IMG/VR virus record: IMGVR_UViG_3300035696_000019
Location: 32,001-96,000 of that record
Reading direction: 5' to 3' (one strand)
From: a virus
DNA length: 64,000 nucleotides
In this document: positions 48,999-56,627 of the stretch, piece after piece
How the letters are laid out: each line of letters begins with the position of its first letter
Numbering within the stretch: the stretch's first letter is position 1
Position numbers and translations under genes: made by a program
The notes under the pieces: generated by a model
The model's input: the letters and a program-made list of their open reading frames with translations, nothing else
What the model was told of the DNA's origin: nothing
Database searches by the model: none

Positions 48999-50018
48999 TC
49001 AGCCCAACGCACGCGCGGCAGCAGCGGTTGCGCGACGCGACAACTCTTCGCGCTCTTGCTGTGCGGCCAGCACCCGCAGTTGTCCCTTGCCCTCTTCGCG
49101 GCGATCTGCGCCAAGCTGAATCAGCATGTCGCGGCGATCGCCGAACGAGATAGCCATTCCCTTGTTGATCTGAGCGATGGCTTCCGCCTCGATCACGGTG
49201 TTTTTCATCTTGAGCCAGCGCGGATCAGTCTTGACTGCCGATTCGATCGCCTTCTCGGTCACTTTCGGGCCGCCGGCAGCCGCCAGCGCCTCCAGTTGCT
49301 TGCGGTGATCCATATACAGCTTGGCCTCCACCACGTCGAAGCGCGCCTTCATGCGCCCCGCCTGGGCCTCCGCCTGTGCGGCCAGTGAGCCGTAGTAGGC
49401 GCGCATGCTGGCTTGTTCCATCATGCAGTTGTCCAGATTGGCTTCGCTCACGCTCACGTCACGCCTGAACTGCGACTGATCCACCATGTAGTCGAGCGGA
49501 TAGGGATCGGTGGTGACTTCCTTTTTCGGCGCAACGGGAGGAGCGAGTTCTGGGCGCCCCATTGGTTCAATGGCGACAGCGCAGATTGGCTCAACCACTT
49601 TGGCAACGGCGACCGACTCCATCACCGAGCCACCGTTGTCAGTCAGAAGAGGCTTGTCGAGAGCCGGCGCTTCGGGTTCCGCTGCCGGTTTCTCATCCGG
49701 CACAGTCACCGACTCACTGGCGAGCGCCTCGATTTCCGCCAGTTGCGCTTCCATGTCGGCGTCTTCGTTGACGACTTCCGGCTGTCCTGGTGGGGTTGAC
49801 TCAATGACCGGCGTCGAGGCTTCGACTTCCGCAACCGGCTCGTCCAGTGCCTCCAGCGCAGCCAGGTCAGCATCGTCGAGTTCGACCGGCGCAGCCTCCG
49901 CAGCGACCGTCGGGGCGGGCGCCGCAGCGGTTGAAGTGGCGGTGATCGCTTCCAGATCGGTGAGCAGGCTCATCAGCTCCTCTTCACTCACTGCGACTTC
50001 GGGATTGGTTGTTGCCAT
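48999..50018 (-). CDS. UvsY-like recombination mediator with a long acidic N-terminal extension
   Basis: C-terminal KVTEKAIESAV..DP...RRDMLIQLG..R.E; located beside SSB and RecA. Confidence 0.55.
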   Translation of the reverse strand: MATTNPEVAVSEEELMSLLTDLEAITATSTAAAPAPTVAAEAAPVELDDADLAALEALDEPVAEVEASTPVIESTPPGQPEVVNEDADMEAQLAEIEALASESVTVPDEKPAAEPEAPALDKPLLTDNGGSVMESVAVAKVVEPICAVAIEPMGRPELAPPVAPKKEVTTDPYPLDYMVDQSQFRRDVSVSEANLDNCMMEQASMRAYYGSLAAQAEAQAGRMKARFDVVEAKLYMDHRKQLEALAAAGGPKVTEKAIESAVKTDPRWLKMKNTVIEAEAIAQINKGMAISFGDRRDMLIQLGADRREEGKGQLRVLAAQQEREELSRRATAAAARALG

Positions 50019-50102
50019 GTTCGTATTCCTTGCGTCATTTGGTTCGACAGTTGAATGGTATAGAGCGCGGCCAGGGGTTGAAATCACCCCTGACCATGTT
50101 CC

Positions 50103-51353
50103 CTATTCCAGAATTTCGGCAACCTTCTGGAAGGTTGCCAGTAGCAGTTCCGCTTTTTCGGGCGTGAACACCAGTTGCACCGGGTTCAGACCGCACACGA
50201 TCGAGGCATCCAGCTTCGGGTCGTAAATAGCCTGTCCCACCAGTTCGGACGGCGGCGACTTCTGGCCCGGCAGCAGGCGCTTGATGGTTGCGCTGCCCAA
50301 TGCCACGATGACCGAGGGTTTGATCAATTCGATTTCACGCTCGATATACTTGGCGCAGCCATTGATCTGCTCATTCGACAGAAATTTGCCGTCTTTCTTG
50401 GCTTTGACCAACGTGGTGTAGTAGCCCTCCGCCACATTCAGCCCCGCATCTTTCATGGCGGCTTTGACGAAATCGGCAGCGTCGCCCACCAGCAGCTTGT
50501 CCTCCCTCTCCTCCTGCCAGGTTGGGCAATCGGCAATGACCATGAATTTGACCTTGCTCTTGCAGCGCACCGTCGGGTGTCCCGCGCCGGCCAGCGAGCA
50601 ATCCTCGCACTTGGTCTTGTAGTCTTGCGCCAATTCGATAATTTGAGTGCGTAGGAATTTTTCACTCAGGTCAGTCACGCGATCCGCCTTCACCGAGTCG
50701 ATGATGAGGCCCGGCAATAGCTCCATCTGGTCTTTGCGGCGCGAATCATGACGCGCAGGCTTGGCGCCAGGGTCAATGTTCGCCAGTGCGCCGACCAGCT
50801 TGAGACTTTCCACCACTCGCACGTTGACCTTGGAGCCAGGCTCGGCGGCTGCGTATTCGAATTCCTGCACGGTATCGAAACGCCCCTTGACCGGACAGTC
50901 TTCATCCATGCCGTATACCGCTTCGCCATTGCGCTTGGTCTTGACCACCTTCCAGTCACGGTTATTGACGCGCAGTTCCATGATGCGTCGCGCGGTCGTG
51001 TCGGACACCCCTTTGACCGCATTGAACGGCGCGAGAATATGCTGGTCATCGGGGATCACATAAGTGTCGGCGGAGCGATTGATGTCCGGCGGCAGTAGCT
51101 CAATACCGGCCTCGCGCGCATCCTTGACCAGTCCCGGCAGCTTGTCTTCCGCCACAATGGACATGCAGGCGGCGAAGTATTCCGCCGGGTAGCGCACCCG
51201 CAGCCACATGGTGAAGTAGCTGATGATCGAGTAGGCGGTGGCGTGGGATTTGTTGAAGCCATACTGCGCAAATGTCTCCAATTTATCAAACAGTCGCTCT
51301 GCATCGGCTTGAGCCATGCCGTTGTCCACTATTTTGCAGGCGGTAATTTTCAT
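50103..51353 (-). CDS. dnaE: DNA polymerase III alpha, C-terminal half, fused to a family-4 UDG-like domain
   Basis: Start MKIT has a GGAGA RBS; FAQYGFNKSHATAY, YPAEYFAA, PPDINRS, HhH VKGVS; then CEDC...EIELIKPSVIVALG. Confidence 0.9.
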   Translation of the reverse strand: MKITACKIVDNGMAQADAERLFDKLETFAQYGFNKSHATAYSIISYFTMWLRVRYPAEYFAACMSIVAEDKLPGLVKDAREAGIELLPPDINRSADTYVIPDDQHILAPFNAVKGVSDTTARRIMELRVNNRDWKVVKTKRNGEAVYGMDEDCPVKGRFDTVQEFEYAAAEPGSKVNVRVVESLKLVGALANIDPGAKPARHDSRRKDQMELLPGLIIDSVKADRVTDLSEKFLRTQIIELAQDYKTKCEDCSLAGAGHPTVRCKSKVKFMVIADCPTWQEEREDKLLVGDAADFVKAAMKDAGLNVAEGYYTTLVKAKKDGKFLSNEQINGCAKYIEREIELIKPSVIVALGSATIKRLLPGQKSPPSELVGQAIYDPKLDASIVCGLNPVQLVFTPEKAELLLATFQKVAEILE

Positions 51354-51517
51354 TTTATCTCCATCAAAAAATGATGCACTTGTTCGGAGTCGAAAAGAGG
51401 GCGCCCGAGCACATCGCTCTCTTTCGTCAAGCCAGAGTTCCACGCTGACCGCCCTTTCTTTGCCATTTCTCCGCGCCTGAGACTATGTTTCTGTAGCCAG
51501 TTTTTATCCATGATTTT
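51350..51517 (-). pseudogene. Decayed homing-endonuclease remnant between the dnaE halves
   Basis: One frame reads KSWIKNWLQKHSLRRGEMAKKGRSAWNSGLTKESDV...EQVHH...IK*. It contains a WNKGLTKETD-type motif, and its stop overlaps the dnaE-C ATG. Confidence 0.55.
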
Positions 51518-51555
51518 CACAAAGTCACCAATGACTTATTCGGCATAGCAACAGA

Positions 51556-53922
51556 TTACAAGCCACTCAATAGCGTGTAACCTTTTGCCATAATCTCCTC
51601 TACGGTAAACTTTTCGTCGCTTTCGCTGACTGCAAATTTTGCCGCGCGATGAACTCGTTTTACAGTGCCATTCTCAAGAGTGACCTCAATTTCCCCTTTC
51701 GTTGCGCCATAAACGAATTTCTCTCGCATGGACGCCATAAGCGTCGCGTCTTTCTTGCCCATCGCCTTGCGTAGCTTGTCGGCTTCCGCCAGTGTGTAGC
51801 CCGCCACGTCTTGCGACACGCGCATAACCTGCTCTTGATAGATCATCACCCCGTAGGTGGTTTCCAGTGCACCGATCATGTTCGGATGGTCGTAATGTGG
51901 CGCGCGATGGCCTTGCCTGATGCGCACGAATTCATCCAGCATGCCGGAATCCATCGGGCCGGGGCGGTAGAGCGCGGTCGCGGCAGTGATGTCTTCGAAC
52001 GTCAGGCGGCCACCTTGCGCAATGTCGCGCAGCAGCTTCTTCATGCCTGAACTTTCAAACTGGAATACGCCGGTCGTCTCGCCGCGCCCGAAGGCATCCA
52101 TGATGTCGGGGTCTTCCAGCGGCAGCGTCAGGTAATCCACCTCAATGCCATGCCGCTCTTTGATCATGCGCTTGGCGATGTCGAGCACGTCGAGCGTGGA
52201 CAGGCCCAGAATGTCCATCTTGACGAGGCCCATGTCCTCGACCACGCGTTTGTCCCAATTCGTTACCGGCGATTCACCGCGCGTTTCAACCACGGCGCGC
52301 TCGGTCAATGGTTCGCCTGCCACCACCACACCCGCAGCATGTGTGCCGAATGAGCGCATCACGCCTTCCAGCTTGGTTGCATGGCTCCAGATGGTCGGGA
52401 ACTCGCTCTTGAAGCGTTCCAACTCAGGCACGGCTTTGGCTGCCTCTGTCAGCGAGAACGACGTGCCGCCCTCTTTGGGCACCAGCTTGGTGGCGGTCAT
52501 GTCGAGACCCGACAACCCGAATACACGCCCGGTATCGCGTAGCGCCGATGCGGAGGCCAGTGTGGCGTAGTTGGAGATACCGGCGACGCGATCTGCACCA
52601 TAGGTGTCGCGCAGGTATTCAATAACCTTGTGGCGCACTGAACTGGCGAAGTCCAGATCGGCGTCGGGCAAATCCTGACGCTCGGGGTTGATGAAGCGCT
52701 CAAAGATCAGATGAAAGCGAATAGGGTCAACTTCGGTCATGCCGATCAGGTAAGCAACCAGTGAGCCGCCGACCGAACCCCGACCGGGGCCAACGATTAC
52801 GCCGTTGGCTTTGGCCCAGTTCACCAGATCCTCGACCAGCAGGAAGTAGTTACAGAATCCCAGGCGGTTCAGCGTGCGCAGTTCGTATTCCACGCGCTCG
52901 ACATAGGGCTTGAGATCGGTGGGCTGATAGCCCAACACCGGACGCAGCAGGCGCTTCTTGAAGCCCTCTCTGACTTTGGCGCACAACAGCGCAAAGTCGT
53001 TGTCCGACATGACTGGCAGACACACCGGTTGATTCTTGAAGGCGTAGTAGTTGCGCTTGGCGAAGGCTTCGATGTTGTTCAGACCCGCCATCCACAACTT
53101 CGGAAAAGGTGTCGGGTCGATGCCGTCTTGCTTGCAGCGCGTCAACATGCGTGTCGCTGCCGCCTTCACCTTTGTCACCAGTGACTTATCGTCCTGAAAG
53201 GCAAAATCCGTGACGAATTGCACTGGACGCCACCGGCTATCCATCTTCTCCTGTGAGGCAATCACACTCAGCACGTCGAGCGTGGGCGCGTCTTCCGCCT
53301 GGCGATAGAAGACGGGATAGGTCACGAGCGTCGACAGACTCAGCGCATCGGCTGTCAGCGCCGCCTTGAGATTCAACGTGTCGAACAGCGGCGTATTGAT
53401 CGGCGTCAGTTCCACGTAAGTCGGAAACCGTTTGGCGAGTTCACCCACAATGCGACGGTGATCCTCGACGTGGAACACGTTGAACAGGTCGCCAGTCGTG
53501 ACGACCACATCCTCCAGAGCCAGCACATCCTCCAGCCCGACACGGCTCACGTAATAGAAATAGTCGGGCGCATTGCCTTTGGAGAGCAGCTTGATCAGGC
53601 TTTTCATCCCCGCTTCCGACGTGGGGTAAACCTTGATCTGATACATCGGATTGGGGGCTTCCTTCTCACCGCTCGCCTTGGAGGGTTTGCGGTAAGTCGG
53701 ATCACGCACCACACGCACCGTGCAGCCAATAATCGGCTTGAGGCCCGCTTTGCCCATCTTGTTGGAAAAATCAATCATGCCATGAATCGACATGATGTCG
53801 GCCAGCGCGACCGACTCCAGCCCCATTGCTTTGGCCGTTTCGACGATGTGATCGATTTGCAGCATCGATTGCCCGATGCTGAAATCGGAACGCACCGCGA
53901 GAGCATGTGCCAGGTTCATCAT
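51556..53922 (-). CDS. dnaE: DNA polymerase III alpha, N-terminal half, with an intein-like 48-aa tail
   Basis: PHP domain (metal ligands degenerate), GPGRGSVGGS, FERFINPER, PDADLDF, KMDILGL, YQEQVM, LRKAMGKK. Confidence 0.95.
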   Translation of the reverse strand: MMNLAHALAVRSDFSIGQSMLQIDHIVETAKAMGLESVALADIMSIHGMIDFSNKMGKAGLKPIIGCTVRVVRDPTYRKPSKASGEKEAPNPMYQIKVYPTSEAGMKSLIKLLSKGNAPDYFYYVSRVGLEDVLALEDVVVTTGDLFNVFHVEDHRRIVGELAKRFPTYVELTPINTPLFDTLNLKAALTADALSLSTLVTYPVFYRQAEDAPTLDVLSVIASQEKMDSRWRPVQFVTDFAFQDDKSLVTKVKAAATRMLTRCKQDGIDPTPFPKLWMAGLNNIEAFAKRNYYAFKNQPVCLPVMSDNDFALLCAKVREGFKKRLLRPVLGYQPTDLKPYVERVEYELRTLNRLGFCNYFLLVEDLVNWAKANGVIVGPGRGSVGGSLVAYLIGMTEVDPIRFHLIFERFINPERQDLPDADLDFASSVRHKVIEYLRDTYGADRVAGISNYATLASASALRDTGRVFGLSGLDMTATKLVPKEGGTSFSLTEAAKAVPELERFKSEFPTIWSHATKLEGVMRSFGTHAAGVVVAGEPLTERAVVETRGESPVTNWDKRVVEDMGLVKMDILGLSTLDVLDIAKRMIKERHGIEVDYLTLPLEDPDIMDAFGRGETTGVFQFESSGMKKLLRDIAQGGRLTFEDITAATALYRPGPMDSGMLDEFVRIRQGHRAPHYDHPNMIGALETTYGVMIYQEQVMRVSQDVAGYTLAEADKLRKAMGKKDATLMASMREKFVYGATKGEIEVTLENGTVKRVHRAAKFAVSESDEKFTVEEIMAKGYTLLSGL

Positions 53923-53955
53923 TATTGCCCCTTGATTACTATCTGATGATTCATA

Positions 53956-54645
53956 TTACGCATCCGCTCGCGGGACGAGAATGACGCGACCGTTCTTCTC
54001 CTCGACCAGGCCAAAGGCGAGCAGCACCGGGACGACGATGTTTACATGCGATGATGCCGACGATGTGCTCCAGCCCAATTCCGACTTGAACAGATCGCGG
54101 ATTTCCGACCGTGTGAGTGCGCCACGCAGCAATCCAGCGCAAATTACACTGACGAAGACTGGCTTCTCGTTGAGCATTGGATTGCGACCTTGCGCAAGGT
54201 CTTTTCGCATTGCGTCAATCAGACCGCGACGCAGCAGCTTTTCGGCCAGATCGCGCGGCTTCACATTCAGCGTATCCAGTTCACGACAACAGGCGCCGGT
54301 AATGGCGACCTCTTGCGCTTTGGGCGCGGGTTTAGGTTTTGACTTTGGCTCAGGCTTGACGCGCTCCAGTGCAGCCATACCGGCGGCAGACGCGGCAAAG
54401 GCCATCGTGGGCTTCTCCGCGTCTGCATCCGCCGCTTCCTGACGTGCCTTGATGATGGCTTGCGCATGACGACGCAACAGGGCTTCCACATCGACCTGCT
54501 CGCGGATCGCCTTTAGAGTGCGCAACGACTCGACCTGGCAGTGCTTGAACGCCATGCACGCCTGACACAGCGCGGCGTCACTGCTGAATACGCTTGCGGC
54601 GCCAAAGCATCCCGGCGCCTTGCGACTGACATCCAAAGCATCCAT
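53956..54645 (-). CDS. Protein with N-terminal Cys4 cluster and C-terminal winged helix
   Basis: PGCFG...CQAC....C; ELGWSTSSASSHV...L.AFGLV. Confidence 0.65.
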   Translation of the reverse strand: MDALDVSRKAPGCFGAASVFSSDAALCQACMAFKHCQVESLRTLKAIREQVDVEALLRRHAQAIIKARQEAADADAEKPTMAFAASAAGMAALERVKPEPKSKPKPAPKAQEVAITGACCRELDTLNVKPRDLAEKLLRRGLIDAMRKDLAQGRNPMLNEKPVFVSVICAGLLRGALTRSEIRDLFKSELGWSTSSASSHVNIVVPVLLAFGLVEEKNGRVILVPRADA

Positions 54646-54652
54646 GATTCCC

Positions 54653-55312
54653 TCACTGATTCAGGCTGTCGGACAACCGCAGCAACTCTTCATGTGCGGC
54701 GCGCACTCTGCCCGCTGGCACACCCATGCGCGTCATCAGGCGACAGATCAGTTGCAGATCTGTCGCCACGCGAGCGCGTTGACCTTGAGTGCGCGCGTAG
54801 TTGGCATGTGCCTCTTCCGCGCAGATTTCACGTTGTAATGCCGCAGAGGGCGCAAGCATCCAGCGCAACATCAGGCTGGCGAGCGGCGACAGTGTGCGTA
54901 GTGCCTGACGCACGCCCATGCGTCGCGTCCACAGCTCCTCCGGCGAGAGCGTGCCGGAGTCGATACACTCCAGCAGATCTCCATCCGAATCGTCCGGCAT
55001 CAACTCCTCAACCGAGCACACGCCCAACTCACGCTCCTCGATTTGCGAGGCAAAACGACGATTCATTTCGTTGAAAGCGGCGCGGTAGAAATAGGTGGAG
55101 AATGCGATGCCCCGCGACGGATCAAACTTGCGCTGCGCCACGATCATGACCGTGATCAATTCCTGGCGCACGTCGTCGAATTCTGAAGATACGCCGATAC
55201 CATGCAGACGACGCAGCACCTTGCGCGCCACGGTATACAGCATCCCCTCATGCTTCTGTAGAAAAGCAGCCACCGACCGCTTTTCTTCCGCGACAACCAG
55301 ATCGGCGGCCAT
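54653..55312 (-). CDS. Sigma-70-family factor
   Basis: FDDVRQE......A..KFDPSRGIAFSTY (region 2), SPEE, ALRTLSP. Confidence 0.8.
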   Translation of the reverse strand: MAADLVVAEEKRSVAAFLQKHEGMLYTVARKVLRRLHGIGVSSEFDDVRQELITVMIVAQRKFDPSRGIAFSTYFYRAAFNEMNRRFASQIEERELGVCSVEELMPDDSDGDLLECIDSGTLSPEELWTRRMGVRQALRTLSPLASLMLRWMLAPSAALQREICAEEAHANYARTQGQRARVATDLQLICRLMTRMGVPAGRVRAAHEELLRLSDSLNQ

Positions 55313-56517
55313 TATCCGAACACGCGTTTGGCAAGCCCGGCTACCACTTCGCGGTCTACCTTGGACAGCTTGTTGGTGAAGGCGAGCGTAATGCCCTGGC
55401 TGAAACTGGCGCGCTTCAAACCGATGGTGGCGGCATATAGCAGCGCGCGTGGCGAAATGGTGTCACCGATTTTCGCGCCATCATAGGCTTCGCGCACCAG
55501 TGCGGCGAACTCGACCATCTTGTCGGCATCCACACTCTTGAGGCCCAGGTGATTCTGGAGGATCTTCGACTCGTCGGTTTTCTCCATGTATTTCTTGTTG
55601 ATCACCATGCCGAAGCGGTCGTAGTTGGCGCTGTTTTGCAGCACGGTGCCCTGATACAGACCGGTTTCATCGCCGCTACCGTTGGTGTTGCCCGTTGCCA
55701 TGAATCGGAAGTTCGGATGCGGCTTGACGTGACGCATGTGCTCGGGCGCCTCCTTGATGTAGAGCGCTTTGCGTTCCAGCACCGGCTGATACACCGCAAG
55801 CACCGACGGCAGCGCGAAGTCATACTCGTCCGCTAGGTAGGCATAACCGTGGATCATGGCGTGCGGCAGCGGCCCGTATTCGAAGACGGTTTCCCCAGCG
55901 CGCGCCGTCCACTGACCGAGAATGTGACTCTCTTCGGTGTTGACCGTATGTTGGAGACGCACCATCGGGCGATTGGTGCGCGCGCAGACCTGCTCCATCA
56001 GTTCGGACTTGCCCGAGCCTTTGTGACCCCAGACGTAGGTCGGGATGTTGAGTTCCAGTGCCAGCACCACGTTTTTCAGTTCGTCCACGTCGTAGACGTA
56101 GCCTTCAAACACATCCGGCACCATGTTCTGATGGTCGTGTGGCGAGAGTGTCTGGATCGGGATCGGCGCGCCCTTCGCGCTCATGGCGTCCTTGCAGGTC
56201 GCGGACAGCCCGAACACTTCATGCAAGGGTCGCTTGACGATGGCGGCCGGTGGCAATGTTTCAAGCAGGTTCAGCGGCGGCGGTTCAACGGCGGCCGGCC
56301 TCTCTACCTCTTTGGTTGGGATGGCGGCACCCGCTTTCTTCGCGGCGTTCTCTTCTACCTTCTTCTGCGCAAAGGGGGACAACAACGGTTCGCCGGGATA
56401 CGTTTCGCGGTATTCGCTCAGCGTCATTTCCGGGTGGTCGGACTTGAGGTGCAGCGGCACCGCATGAATTTTCGCGCCGCAAATGGCACAGGTAATCTTG
56501 TCGTTTTCAGACGCCAT
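55312..56517 (-). CDS. CobS-like MoxR AAA+ ATPase
   Basis: N-terminal CAICG..H...H; GHKGSGKS, ADEYD, PHPNFRFMATGNT.G.GD, DRF, SPR. Confidence 0.9.
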   Translation of the reverse strand: MASENDKITCAICGAKIHAVPLHLKSDHPEMTLSEYRETYPGEPLLSPFAQKKVEENAAKKAGAAIPTKEVERPAAVEPPPLNLLETLPPAAIVKRPLHEVFGLSATCKDAMSAKGAPIPIQTLSPHDHQNMVPDVFEGYVYDVDELKNVVLALELNIPTYVWGHKGSGKSELMEQVCARTNRPMVRLQHTVNTEESHILGQWTARAGETVFEYGPLPHAMIHGYAYLADEYDFALPSVLAVYQPVLERKALYIKEAPEHMRHVKPHPNFRFMATGNTNGSGDETGLYQGTVLQNSANYDRFGMVINKKYMEKTDESKILQNHLGLKSVDADKMVEFAALVREAYDGAKIGDTISPRALLYAATIGLKRASFSQGITLAFTNKLSKVDREVVAGLAKRVFG

Positions 56518-56627
56518 GTTCTTCTCCGATAAGTGAGTGGTGATGCAGCATATCCGCTGCTGACATTAGAAATTCTAAGCACGGTGACTTGGGTAAACAA
56601 GTCACCGCTGACTTATTTTACAGGCAA

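Noticed and set aside
51354-51443. ORF-track start (MELWLD...) for dnaE-C
   Set aside because: The ATG at 51353 has a GGAGA RBS and begins the intein-C-like strand; the upstream 30 codons look non-homologous.
51321-51702. Functional split intein in dnaE
   Set aside because: There is no block A Cys/Ser, no block B His, no terminal HN and no +1 nucleophile; reported instead as a non-splicing remnant.
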